This document shows, in pieces, positions 27,451-41,019 of a stretch of 64,000 nucleotides of DNA (positions are counted from its first letter, which is position 1; each line of letters begins with the position of its first letter). The translations under genes were made by a program, and so were the position numbers. The notes under the pieces are model-generated. The model ran no database searches and was not told where the DNA came from. It saw nothing but the letters and a program-made list of their open reading frames with translations. This DNA comes from Octopus vulgaris (Eukaryota): assembly GCA_951406725.2 (NCBI GenBank), contig OX597830.1, forward strand, positions 39,370,001-39,434,000, written 5' to 3'.

Positions 27451-28359
27451 AAAGAGATGTCGCACACATACTAAATAGAAAACGATTTATTTTAACAGAC
27501 TGCCATAGTATTGATTGGAAGAGCTAATTAAGAAACCCTTCTTTCCTAATGATAAAACGTCATTTCTTGAAGCATGTTTGACGTCACATGCTGTCACGTA
27601 ACGACGGAGTGTCCTGGATCCAAAGAGATGAACTCAATATCTCGTGTGACCACCGTTAGCTTTGATTACCGACAAGCATCTTATGTCCACTGAATGCACC
27701 AAACGACAGATGTAGGCCACGTGGATAGAATCCCACACTCTGTTAAAACTTGCAATGAGTTTTGCCGCAGTTGTCGGCGTTGGACGGATGTCATTTAGCC
27801 TTCTTTGGATTTCGTCCCGCAGGTGCTCTATGGGTTTCAATTCCGGGCTTAGGGCAAGCCATGGCAGTGTCTGGATGTTGTGCTGTTGAAAGAAGTCTAT
27901 TGACAAGCTGGCTGTATGGGCACGGGCGTTTTCGTGTTAGACCATATGATTCCGATTGCAGGCAAAGTATGACACAATGTGAGGCCTCATCACGTGGCCG
28001 ATGTAGCGAGCTACATTACCCCAGCCTCTGATTTTATATCATTCTTGGTATGCTTGCTGCGTTCGGGAAATAGATGACGGGCTGGTAAATTTGGGTACCT
28101 TTTATATCCAATGAGTCAACATTTTACATGTACATCATCCTTTTCATAAAGATGCGTTCGCGAGCATTACCATGTTCACGAAAAGTGAGCGAGTTCGAAC
28201 CCTACATGGAATCTTTGTGCTTTCATAAGAGAGTGGTGTTGTCGGTCACTGACATCTTCCTGATGACAAATTACCTAGAAATATGATAAAATCGATATAA
28301 TCTCAATATCGTGTGTGAAACAGATAATTTTTTACTGTGCGACGTTTCTTTGTAGTTCA

Positions 28360-28360
<1 letters not shown>
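27451..28360 (-). mobile_element. Internally deleted Tc1-like DNA transposon
   Basis: HENARAHTA...LPWLALSPELKPIEHLRDE...GGHTRY* (DD34E C-terminus, 27634-27935); TIR remnants aaagagatgtcgcaca (27451) and tgtgcgacgtttctttgtagttcag|TA (28336-28360). Confidence 0.85.
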
Positions 28361-28426
<66 letters not shown>

Positions 28427-29417
28427 CAATATATATATATATATGCACTATATATATATACATGCATGTATGTACTATGTATGGAAACAATTTCTCCTTT
28501 TACATTTCTATCTTTAAATCTGACTTTTGTGTGTGTTCCTATGCGCATGCGTCTGCGTGTGTATATGTGTCTGGGTGAGTTTATTTACATACGATCTCTT
28601 TGAAGTTTATTCTACTTGCCTGCGTATTTGTTTATTTCTGTATCTCTGCCCACGTTCCCTGATCTAACTAAATCACCTTCTCTCCTCAATTTCTTTTCTT
28701 CTCTCTATCCTCTCACTGCCTGTCCCCCGATCGCTCTGTTTTCTTTTGTCACTCTTTCTTTCGCTCAATAATGTTTCTGTTTTTTTGTTTTTTTTTGTTC
28801 TCCCAATATCTCTGAAGTACTGCTATTTCAAAATGTGTCATATAACAGCGCCGCCGTAAATCTGATACGTTAAACATCAATATATTTGACATATGATGCC
28901 CTGCAAATATTTACGACATTCTGTTTAGTATTCACTTCAATGTCCTTTGTTGATCCAAATCACAAATATGACAGCTAAGCTGAAACGAACTTGGCAAACT
29001 ATTTGCTTAAAATAGTTGCACCTATAGCAATAAAATACAGGGTGTTTTGTGACTTGTTCCACATGACATACACTTAATTCTTAAACATATGTACAACAAG
29101 TGTAGTTTGATTTCTGACGTTAAGCAAGTAAACTCTTATTTATAGAGAAATTAAGATTATCGGATAACTATGAAATCAACGGAGACATTTATGAGTCTTC
29201 TCTTTGAGAGTCTGCTAAGGAGGCAAGGTAAAGGATAGTGAAACTCCTCGTGGGAAAATCTGTAAGATGATTTAGTGGACATTAAAGTAACATTTCCACC
29301 TGGGAATCGAAACCAAATCGTTGAATTGATTTTCATCGTCAGAACTCAGGAATTCCTTCCTGTTTGTCCCCACATTTATTCTTTTTTTTTTATCTGGTCT
29401 ACTTGCTTCATATTCTT

Positions 29418-29830
29418 TTCTACCCTAGACACAAGGCTCTAAATTATGGGGCCGGGGGCCAGTCGATCAGATCGACCCCAGTACGCAACAGGTACTTAAT
29501 TTATCGAGCCCGACAGGATGAAAGGCAAAGTCGACCTCGGCGGAATTCGAAATACTTGCTCCATATTTTATAATTAAACGTTATAGACATGTACATACAC
29601 ACACACACATACATACAAGGGCGACGATCTGGCTGAATCGTTAGCATGCCGGGCAAAATGCTTAGCGGCATTTCGACCGTTTTTATGTTTTGTGTTCAAA
29701 TTCCGCCGTGTTTGACTTTACTTTTCATCCTTTTTGGGGTCGATAAAATAAATACCAGTTAAGTACTGGTGTCAATGCAATGGATTTACCCAGTGTCCTC
29801 AGATTACTGGCCTTGTGCCAAAATTTGAAG
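29418..29830. mobile_element. Divergently oriented SINE family A pair (29418-29550 minus, 29619-29830 plus)
   Basis: Family A core on both strands. Confidence 0.85.
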
Positions 29831-30197
29831 CCTGTATATAAACACACATATATATACATTCATGCATTCACACACACACGCTGCGCAGCTAATCTCGGGA
29901 GAAAATTTTCATCTTAAGCTTGTGTAACATGAAATATTCTTCCTTTTTTAAGGTAGCGAGGCATGATTTGAAGAAAGATACGGCTGCTACCTCTAGCCAA
30001 TTGATTCAGCTACATAAACACCTCACACACACACACACACGCATATACACACACATACACAATTAGATCGCAATTGCCCTTCTTTGCTTATTGTAAGAAT
30101 GTTTGAGATAAACGTATATCTTTGTTTTTATTCTTTATTTCCGTGACTTTCAAGTCACTGTAAGCACAAGACTTCACTGTGAAAGAGAGGCCTGTCT

Positions 30198-30325
30198 GTT
30201 GCAAGGTTAACCTCGCCCAGCTACGGAAGGTTGCAGGGTTAACCTCGCCCAACTACCGAAGGTTGCAGGATTAACCTCGCCCAGCTACGGAAGGTTGCAG
30301 GATTAACCTCGCCCACCAACGGAAG
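30198..30325. repeat. 32-bp minisatellite, 4 copies
   Basis: Unit gttgcaggRttaacctcgcccagctacggaag repeated without spacers. Confidence 0.95.
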
Positions 30326-30407
30326 GTAGTCGTTTCTGAAGAATAGACTATAACAACTTGAAATGAAATATCTTGTTCGACAGATTTGGTATACGCATGA
30401 AAAAATG

Positions 30408-30778
30408 ATTCCAAATTATGGCAGAAGGCCTACACTATTAGTGGATGAGGAAAAGCCGATTACATCGACCTCCGTGCTGAACTAGTACTTATTTTTATCG
30501 ATATCGAAAGAACGAAATGCAAAGTCGGCCTCGGCGGAATTTGCACTAAATTGCCAGAAGAATCACAACTAAACATTTTGACCGACGCGCTAACGACTCT
30601 GCCAGCTTACCGCGCTTTCCTTTCTATATATAGACACGAGGCCTGAAATCTCGGAGGTGTAGGAGGCTATTTGATTACAACAGCCTAACTGCTCAACTGG
30701 TACTTACTCTTATTGAACCCCGAAAGAATGACAAGCAAAGTCGATCTGGATGGAATTTGAACACAGAACTTAAAGACG
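30408..30778 (-). mobile_element. Two decayed SINE family A copies
   Basis: aaagtcggcctcggcggaattt and aaagtcgatctggatggaatttgaac cores. Confidence 0.75.
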
Positions 30779-31113
30779 CGTTTTAGTCACAAAAATAATA
30801 AATATGGTAAATGCTTCAGTGTACTTACACCTCCGCTTAACGACATACAATCCAACATTTTCTTTTTTTTTCTTTTATTTATAGTGAAATGGGAGAAGCG
30901 ATGTGTAGCAAAGGAAAGTTCTATACAATTAATGTCAGAGAAGATTTAGTAAGGAAGAAAAGTGGAAAGTTTTATAAATTTATTTAAAAGACTTTCTCAC
31001 TTCCCAGCGTTACACTAATACATTTGTTTGTTGTTTACACACGCGTCTTTTGTTTTTATTTGGGTTTTTTTTTTTGTAAATTCCAGCTATATATATATAT
31101 ATACATACATACA

Positions 31114-31237
31114 TAGGCGCAGGAGTGGCTGTGTGGTAAGTAGCTTGTTTACCAACCACATGATTCCGGGTTCATTCCCACTGCGTGGCACCTTGTCAGT
31201 GGATTTGGTAGACGGAAACTGAAAGAAGCCCATCGTA

Positions 31238-31270
<33 letters not shown>

Positions 31271-31470
31271 GCGTGTGTGTGTTTGTGTGTCTGTGTTTGT
31301 CCCCCTAGCATTGCTTGACAACCAATGTCCCCGTTACTTAGCGGATCGGCAAAAGAGACCGATAGAATAAGTACTGGGCTTACAAAAGTCCCGGGCCGAG
31401 TTGCTCGATTAAAGGCGGTGCTCCAGCATGGCCGGAGTCAAATGACTGAAACAAGTAAAAAAGTAAAGAG
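31114..31470 (+). mobile_element. SINE family B with internal deletions
   Basis: aggcgcaggagtggctgtgtggtaag head to gtcaaatgactgaaacaagtaaaa tail. Confidence 0.9.
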
Positions 31471-32269
31471 TATATGTGTGTGTATACATACACATACTTA
31501 AATATGTATATATGGATAGGTATGTATGCATGTGTGTATGTGTGTGCGTAGTGTGTTATTCGGTGGAGCATATTGGTGAGAGATGAAGAGATGTAATCAC
31601 TGGCGATGTAACCAATGAACCTACATTTTGCAAACGATGTCCCTAGTCATATTTGTTCTGCCGTGGTAAATATATTCAACCGGTGACTGGCAGCGTTGGG
31701 TAACATTCACCACCCATGATATTGTTCCTAAAATACGATACGAAAGATAGGTAGACAGAGAATTTCGTGTAAAGGAGTGTGTGGCAGTTTGATTGCGTGT
31801 GAGTATATCCTTGTGAATGTATGCATGAGTGTGTGCAAGAAAGCAGATGGTTTTCAACATTAATAAACTAGCCGAAAGGGTTGGTTACAAAGGAGAATTA
31901 GAAACCTACCTGCCAATACGAAACAGAATTGAAAACTGCTTGTCTCACTTTGTGGTTTTTTCGTTACTTTTTTCGGGTTTTCATTTTCTCGGGTTTTCAT
32001 TTTCTTCTACAAAAAAACAAGCTGCCATCCTCATTTCTTGGTGGAAGCAAATTACCTTGTCCTTTATTGGTTTCCATCATTGCGAAATGGCGTGAGTACC
32101 GTTTCAGTATATCCCCATTATTGACCGCCCATTTCTGGTTGTATAACGTTGATCGCTGTTCACGAACGAGAAATCAACATTATAAATATACATACATATA
32201 TATATACATACACACACACATACATATATATATGTATACATACATAAATATATATACACATGCATGTGC

Positions 32270-32307
<38 letters not shown>

Positions 32308-32431
32308 GATATGTGTTTATACAAATGTATATATGAATGTATGTATGTATGTATGTATGTATATACATATACACACATACATATATATATATATGTATAC
32401 ATATATAAATATATATACACATGCATGTGCG

Positions 32432-32464
<33 letters not shown>

Positions 32465-32923
32465 GATATGTGTTTATACAAATGTATATATGAATGTATG
32501 TATATATGTATGTATGTATGTATTACGCATTCACTTGCTTCAGTCAGTGAATTGTTGCCACGCCTAAGCATCGCCTTAAAATGTAGGCACCTAGGTATAT
32601 ATATGTATGTATAAAGAGACAGACAAACAGACGGACAGACAGTCAGATAGATAGGTAGACAGATAGATAGACAGATAGATAGAAACGAAAGGGATTGAAC
32701 ATGAATAAATAGAAGAGATCAAGCAGAATTTCCAAATTATGCAACTCATTGAAGAAGGACAACAACACCAACAACATGATGAAGATAAAGAAGATGGAGG
32801 AGGAGGAGAAGAGGAGAGAAGGGGAGGAATAAATGGCAACAAGAACAGCAGTAACAACAATTTAATACGCGAACATCTGATTGGATGTTGCGTAAGGTTA
32901 CATCTGGATCTTACTTCTAGTAC

Positions 32924-32980
<57 letters not shown>

Positions 32981-33250
32981 ATCTCATTTTATATCATCCT
33001 TTCTCCAGCGAGCGAGATTGAAACCAAACTAAATAGGAAAGAAAAGCTAAATAGGAAATGAAATAAAAGCGACCCGGACAAAAATAAAATAAGAAAATAA
33101 CAACAACAATAATAGTAATAATGATAAAAACAAGTAGCTATGCAATTCCGCGCTGCACATCCAGCTAACGTCACATGTGAAATGGCCTTTTGTTTCATCA
33201 TGTATTTACAATAGAGCTGAGTGTAATAACACATACATACATCAATACGT

Positions 33251-33382
<132 letters not shown>

Positions 33383-33700
33383 CATGCATATATATATATA
33401 TATGTATGTATGTATGTAAGTATTATATATGTGTATATATATATATATGTGTGTGTGTGTATGTATGTATACACACACACACAGGTTAAGAAAAAGCAGT
33501 TGTTGTATGGAATGGAATACTAATGTAAAAATGAGGAATAAAGAAAACTGAGCTGATTGATATCAAAGGTTAAGTTTACAGCCAGCAAAATGTTGTTGCT
33601 ATTGCACGCCTTGTTGCAGCCTGTGATTATACTGTGATAAATAGAATGCTAGTACGTGTGCGCGTGCATGTATGCATGTCCCTATGTGCGAGTGTTTGTG

Positions 33701-33770
<70 letters not shown>

Positions 33771-34040
33771 TGTGCGTGTGTATGTGTATACTAACACACA
33801 CATAGTATAAGATGTGGATTCAAAGAATCGTGTGCTTATCACAGAAAGCTCGTCTGCCGGACTCGGCAATCAGACCACAAAGTAATTCAATACAGAGAAA
33901 TGTAATGCAGATTGTCTACGCAGCTGAAATTATTACATGAAGAAGAGTGCGAAATGGCCGTAATTCTAAGGATACTGAGAGGTTAAGTAAATATTATATT
34001 CACCTCTCCTAACTCTTGACATTGAGTTATGTGTGTGTGA

Positions 34041-34290
34041 AGGCGCATGGCTCAGTGGTTAGGGCTCCGGGCTCACAATCATAATGTAGTGAGTTCGATT
34101 CCTGGACCAGACTGTGTGTTGTGTTCTTGAGCAAGATACTTTATTTCACGTTGCTCCAGTTCACTCAGCTGTAGAAATGGGTTGCGGCGTCACTGGTGCC
34201 AAGCTGTGTTGGCTTTTACCTTTCCCTTGGACAAGATCGGTGGCGTGAGAGGGAAGACTAGTATGCATGGGCTCGGAGAAGAACTTTCTA
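34041..34290 (+). mobile_element. SINE family C
   Basis: ggcgcatggctcagtggttagg A-box, gagttcgattcc B-box; homologous to 20380-20700. Confidence 0.9.
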
Positions 34291-34307
34291 GATAGACAGA
34301 CAGACAC

Positions 34308-34400
<93 letters not shown>

Positions 34401-34889
34401 CAGGTGTGTTTAAAAGAGAAAAGGTGATAACCAATTCTCCGTTTCCAAATATTTCTGCTGTCACACACATATTCTTAATTTTTATTACTTTTATCATTAT
34501 TATAATAAGACATGGTAAGAAATCAATTTTCCACCATGACAATTATTTGGTTTTTTAAATTTTATTAGGGTCACAAAATGAAGTTTTTCCTGTCACACAC
34601 ATATACATACACATATGCAATTCAGTTCATAGAAATATATATATTTACAAGTCTTGCCCTTTCTGCTTAGCCTCTTAGTATCGAACCACCGAGAAATCTC
34701 ATGTACAGTCGTAGTACACACAAGAAATAGCAACCAAATATATATATATATACATAAATACAGAGGTCACTTAACGGTACTACTTAAATACAGGTGCTAC
34801 GTACAAAACATTTTGAACGTACGTTGTATGGACCTGTAGTGACACCCTAACCCTAACTAACCCTATCCCTGAAACTAATCCTCTACCTA

Positions 34890-35170
<281 letters not shown>

Positions 35171-35659
35171 ATCAAAGATCAACAACCGTTCAGTCTTCAT
35201 CTTCCTTCCGGCTTTCTTTCAATGCCATAACTCTCAGATAATTTCCCTCTACTTTTCCTTCCATTCTCCCTCTCTTGTACTCTCTTGTACTCTCTTGTAC
35301 TCTCTTTCATTCTTTCTCATTTATACACGTTCTCAATCACACAAAAATCACTCACTCACACATATATTCTTTTATATTCTGTTGCTATTCTGTTGCTATT
35401 CTTTATTCTATTTGCCACTCACCCCATGGGTATTCCATGATTCATTTGTTTATTTCCCTTTGCTTCCCTTACTTTTCCTTGCTTCAATTTTAATCATTAC
35501 TTATCGTTCCCTCAATCGATTATATTCTCTCACTCTCACCTTTCTTTACATCAGCCCACATCTCACATTCACATAATTTTAATTGGATAAAAAAAAATAT
35601 TTGTGTAGTGACAGAGGTTCTATAGTGTTGAACCTACTATTCTGACATGAGTAAATAAA

Positions 35660-35715
<56 letters not shown>

Positions 35716-36755
35716 GTATATATATATAAGTATTTGTATGTATGTGTGTGTATGTGTGATGTACTGTGTATGTGTGTGTATTTTCTACAATGCCTTCAGC
35801 CTTATTTAATCTTTGTTCTTCCGTGTGTCTATCATGATAATTCCTGAACAAATTTACAATAGTACAAATACTTTTGGTGAATGCGTAGCGTATGTGAGTG
35901 TGTGAAGTTATTCCCTTCGTAAAATCACTTAGGAATACTCATACGCACAGATAATTTGAGAATCGTTTATGGGGTCCTGCGACAAAAGGTCGAGAAGCCA
36001 CTGCCTTAGGATAAGCCTACGCGGTAGCCAACAATGTAATCTCTTAGCAGTGGTTCGAACTGTTAGATATATCTGCCAAATTCCCATCAAATCATTAACA
36101 TATATTATCAAAGCTTCGAGAAACAGCAGCTAAACCTCCTCTATGCCACATACCTGCAGTCTTCACAATGGGGACACATTATACATACTGTATATATTGT
36201 TACGCCACACGCGGCGTCCCGAAACCACCCACAACACGACAATCTGTGTCCGATCTTTCAAAAGACTGCGTAGGTGAGCACAGCAAACCATCTTGCTTGG
36301 AGCGGAAAAAGCAGTCGTCACAGAAGTCAGAAGAGTTGAAAATGACAAACAAAACCGTTGAGTATGACCAAAATACAAGAACTTTAATTCAGAGGCCAAT
36401 AATATTTATAGAATAAATAAACAATTTTTCGGAGAGCTTTTGGAGAGTTCTTTCACTTACTTCTGAAATGCGTCGACTTCTTTCAGTGAGTTTTCTTTAT
36501 TCACCAATCTAATGAATTATCTTTCTTTTTTCTATGTCTTTCTTTTATTTTTTATCCGATTGGCCTCTTGTTACTTCCGAATTTACGGTACTATTCCGCC
36601 TTCTTTACGTTGCCAAGTTCACTATTTTCGCAGCCAGTTTAAAACCTTTCACCGTTCGCATTAACCGCCGAAACCAATTTCACACTCGACACACACATGC
36701 ACACACACACACACACACAGATACACACGCACACACACATATATATATATATAAT

Positions 36756-36814
<59 letters not shown>

Positions 36815-37260
36815 ATTTTGGCCAGATGTAAGCCCTATACCAACGGCAGCGGAAGGTGCGGTCTATGCGACATGGAGAGATGGCTTGTCTGGAAAAGCAG
36901 CTTAGACCCTACTATATGTCTAAACACAAGGACAGAACTTTTCGGATCATGCCCACATGTGACTAAATTTCTGTTACGTTTTTGGTCCCCTAAAGAAAAC
37001 AGATAGAACATGCTTTCTATGTTATGTCCCAAGAAGATATTATATATTTTTATATATGTTTTATGTATTTTTATATAATTTTTATGACGAAAAATGCGAG
37101 CGATGTATAAGTACGCAGGCAAGCAGAGTTATAACACAGTAATTTCCCTTTAGATAACGGTATTTTTTCATAGCGTTTTCAAATAGCCAGATAACCGAAG
37201 AGATGGTGTTGTGGATTTCCACTTCGGCATCTGAAACTCAGAGTTTTATCTTGACTATCG
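36815..37260 (+). mobile_element. Penelope-like element extreme 3' end (ORF C-terminus + UTR + hammerhead)
   Basis: PYTNGSGRCGLCDMER...LNTRTELFGSCPHVTKF parallels PYRHG...CKLCLLEK...LNQRSELMNLCRHAAKF of the 39361-39765 ORF; flanked by (TA)n. Confidence 0.8.
37189..37251 (+). ncRNA. Hammerhead ribozyme-like motif (C at core position 4)
   Basis: agataa-CCGAAGA-gatg...gtgga-tt-tccac...catc-t-GAAAC-tcaga-GTT-ttatct; 6-bp stem I agataa/ttatct. Confidence 0.7.
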
Positions 37261-37427
37261 AGTAATGTAACATATTATTGTATAGATAATATATATATAT
37301 ATAATATATTCATATAACATATATATATACATAATATATATATAGATATAAGTATCTATATATATATATATATATATGTATATTATATATATATACATAT
37401 AATATGTATATATATATATATGTGTGT

Positions 37428-37463
<36 letters not shown>

Positions 37464-37469
37464 TCACAG

Positions 37470-37976
37470 GTATCTGCGCCAAACAGTGTTTAGACATAAG
37501 CGAACTTTAGGTTAGTTAAAATGTTTGTGACATATTTCAACTTCTAAAGGCATATTTACTGCAGTTACCGTAGAGAAAAAAAATGTTCTTTTATGGTAAA
37601 ATAAAAAAAAATCTGTAAAAATATCACATCTATCCAGTGCTGCCCACTTTCGGATTCACAGACGCTGTGTTTCAAGCTTTTCTAGCCATTATCAATGGGA
37701 AATACCGAAGTAAGGTAACTCTGGACAATTTTAATGCCGTAGCTTTAAAATACAATCAAAAACATTGACTGATTTGCACTATTAGAGTGCCCGAGCATCT
37801 GGAAATCCGAAAGGGGGCAGCACTGGACTAATATAGTGTTTTTACACCTTTTACCATAGAAATGTTTCTCCACGGTGATTGCAATGAATTAGACTTTAGA
37901 AGTCGAAATATGTCACAAACATATTTTAACTAATCTCAAGTGAGCTGATGCCTAAACACTGTTTGGCGATGATACA
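37470..37976. mobile_element. Foldback/MITE with ~195-bp imperfect TIRs
   Basis: cgccaaacagtgtttag, tgtttgtgacatatttc and tccagtgctgccc on the left are mirrored in reverse complement on the right. Confidence 0.8.
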
Positions 37977-38537
37977 ACGAATTTCTACTCGTATGTATAT
38001 ACTGGTGTGTGTGTTTATATGTATGTATCTGTGCGTGTTCGTATGTTTGCACGCGCACGCGCTCGTGTGTGTATGCAATGACGTGTTGAAAACTTTACTA
38101 TTGTGAATTGTTTGTTTACCGACAAGATTTTGTTTACCGACAAGACTTGTGGAACTTAGTTACTTTTTCTTTTCTTTTCTTTTCTTTATTCTTCCCGATC
38201 AAACCACGTTGAATTTCTGTTGTTTTTTTTTTGTTTTGTTCTGTATCAAGTTTGTTTTCGTTTTTATCATTTCGTCTGGTTTCTTTTCCTCTTTTTTAAA
38301 ACTTAAACTTACTCATTGTGTGCGTTCGTAAATATATGTTAAAATATGTTCATACACAGGTGGTTCGTAAATTCCTGACGACTTTATATTCCCATTGAAG
38401 ACACTTTGGAGTACATGAGTATGCACATATCATATGCGTAAATATATGTGTGTATGTGCCCATTTAAGATACTTAATGTGCGCATGCGTGTAAATAAAAG
38501 TGCAAGTTCCTGTGTATATTTGTAAAATTGATTTGTT

Positions 38538-38593
<56 letters not shown>

Positions 38594-38594
<1 letters not shown>

Positions 38595-39765
38595 GCTCAT
38601 AGGAGCCTTTATTCTCCATAATCTAAAAATAGAATTCCCATTTATAGATGCAGGTTTATATAGGGATGACGGCCTTATAGCCACGCATAATCTAAACGGC
38701 CATGAATCAGATAGACTTAGGAAGGACCTCATAGCTTTCTTTCAAAGGATGGGCTTACGGGTTACGATAGATGCTAACCTGAATAGTGTAGATTTTTTAG
38801 ACGTAAATTTTAATGTAGGATCGGATAGATTTAAACCTTTCCGTAAGCCCAATGAAAAGCTATCGTATATTAGCAAAGATTCGAACCATCCACCAGTTAT
38901 CCTTAGGAACTTAGTCAGCAATGTAGGTAGAAGAATATCTTCAATTTCTTCGGACGAGGCAGCATTCCATAATGCTGCACCTTATTACGATAGCGCATTA
39001 GAGAATAGTGGATTCTCTGAGAAGATCCAGTTCAACCAGCTTAATGCTGATAATAATGCTGCACGAAGAACTAGGACCAGGAAAGTTTTGTGGTTCAACC
39101 CGGCTTTCAATTTGGCCGTAAAGACTAATATAGGTAAGGAATTTTTGAGATTAGTCTCTAAGCATTTTAAGCAGGGTCATAAATTCTATAGGATATTTAA
39201 CAGAAGAACCCTGAAGGTTAGCTATTCTTGTTGCAGAAATTTCGCCTCTTACATTAGCCAACATAATAGGAAGCTAATTGAGATTTGACATGGTGCCGAG
39301 ACCATTAAGAAATGTAATTTCAAAAACGAAAGCTCCTGTCCGTTAGAAGGGAAATGTCTGGTGAAAGGAGTAGTTTATAGAGCCAAGGTGCAAGTGGAAG
39401 GCTCATCGGAATACAAGACATACACAGGGGCTTCAGAAAATTCATTTAAAACAAGATTTTATTCTCATAAAAATTCATTTAAATACCCAGAGAATAGGAA
39501 GAAAACCAGCCTAGCAAAATATGTCTGGGAGCTAAAAGAAAACGAAGCCCCACCTTTCAACGTGACATGGAGCATTCTGGACAGGGCGGCACCATACAGG
39601 CATGGAGCTTACAAAAATAATTTCAAGTGCAAGCTTTGTCTATTAGAAAAAATGTACATCTTATTCAAAGACAATAATTCTTTGAATCAAAGAAGCGAGC
39701 TAATGAACTTATGTAGGCACGCGGCTAAATTTAAAATGTCGAATATAAATATACCATATGGATAG
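38594..39765 (+). pseudogene. Penelope-like retroelement ORF, 5'-truncated: RT C-terminal half + Cys linker + GIY-YIG endonuclease
   Basis: GLYRDDGL, VDFLDV, FRKPN...SNHPP, then one in-frame TGA (39286-39288), KCNFKNESSCPLEGKC, GVVY...YTG...FKTRFYSH, CKLCLLEK; Cys linker suggests Neptune-like group. Confidence 0.92.
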
Positions 39766-40837
39766 AGTATATATTTTGTATTTTTGATTTTGATTTTGAC
39801 TCTTGAACGATGAGCGCTACGATGGATTTTGTTTCCAAGGAATGCGGATCTTAATCCGTATAGCAAAGTCTTATGTTTCTACATATATATTAGGAAAAAC
39901 CTCCAACTTTTGTTTTCATGTTATTGTATTATATAGGATTACCTTGATTATTTATATTACCTTAATTATTTATAAATGACCCAAAATAGGATGTTATATT
40001 TTATTTTATATGTCTTTCGTATATATTTTTTATTAATGCACCCATTTTTCTTTTAAAAAAAAGCAATGTTTTTTTTAAAAAAAAAGCAATGTTGTCAAAA
40101 TTGGAATGTTGATATAAGTATGTGCATAGCAAAGCATATGTATTTGTAAGCATGCGTATCTGTGTATGTGTAAGTGAAAGTATGTTTGTGCTTAAGCACA
40201 CATATACACGACTGTATCCATTCAAACTTATGTATGTATACTGGTCTCCATATATGCCATAATGCCGTTACACTGCTTGTATACATAATTTTTTCTTATT
40301 TCGTTTTTTTCCCCACACCTCCTTCGTTCCTTTTTCTCTCTCTCCCTTTCTTTCGTTCCCCCCTTACTCAGTATATGAGAATCACTACATAGATCTTTTA
40401 ACTTGCGTGCGAGATGGTTTTGCGTGAATATATGTACACATGCTTTTATGTGTATATTTAGATTTATATTCATACGTCTGTATATGTATGGCGTTTGCAC
40501 GCATAATTTTGTGTATGTTGATATATATATGTAGATTTTAATATAATTATGTATTGCAGTGTAATATTTATAACAGGTTTAATTTCTATGCATTAATTTG
40601 CACTTTCTTCATTAACGTCAATATGTATTTTATTCAATGTAAGGTTTTTTCCTCGGATTTTATAATTTTTATAAGTTTTTTATATATATATATATATACA
40701 TATATTTTTGACCTTTTTGTTTATCGCTCGAAGATTGACCGTTTTTTCTAAAGGGCCAATCAAACAAGTCCATTTCTTTTTAAAGGTGTAGCGTTTGTAA
40801 GAGTATAGATTGAATTGATATATCAGTTCCATTCTAG

Positions 40838-40887
40838 CAAAAACTGTCTGATGAACGGCAACGAGAAACTCAGAGTAACAGATTTTG
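40838..40887 (+). ncRNA. Minimal type I hammerhead ribozyme, intact core
   Basis: caaaaactgt-CTGATGA-acg-gcaa-cga-GAAAC-tcaga-GTA-acagattttg; stem I pairs 9 of 10, GNRA-capped stem II, GUA triplet; ends at aataaagtg + (TA)n. Confidence 0.8.
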
Positions 40888-40915
40888 TTGAATTTTCTGC
40901 TGCTTAAAATAAAGT

Positions 40916-40954
<39 letters not shown>

Positions 40955-40971
40955 AACACTTATATATACAA

Positions 40972-41019
<48 letters not shown>

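Noticed and set aside
28260-28285. CTGATGA...GAAAT as a hammerhead
   Set aside because: No stems, and it lies inside the Tc1 element; chance match. The same applies to CTGATGA at ~4404.
30198-30325. CRISPR array
   Set aside because: 32-bp units are contiguous with no unique spacers; eukaryotic context and no cas genes.
32190-32520. ~160-bp tandem duplication, plus small duplications at 26475-26532, 38111-38146 and 58330-58450
   Set aside because: Ordinary slippage or unequal-exchange products with no further structure.
34041-34115. tRNA genes at SINE heads (also ~20630, ~49890, ~63290)
   Set aside because: A/B boxes continue into SINE bodies; no complete cloverleaf or terminator.
36198-36420. 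Possible solo LTR beginning tgttacgcc
   Set aside because: Second terminus and TSD not identified.
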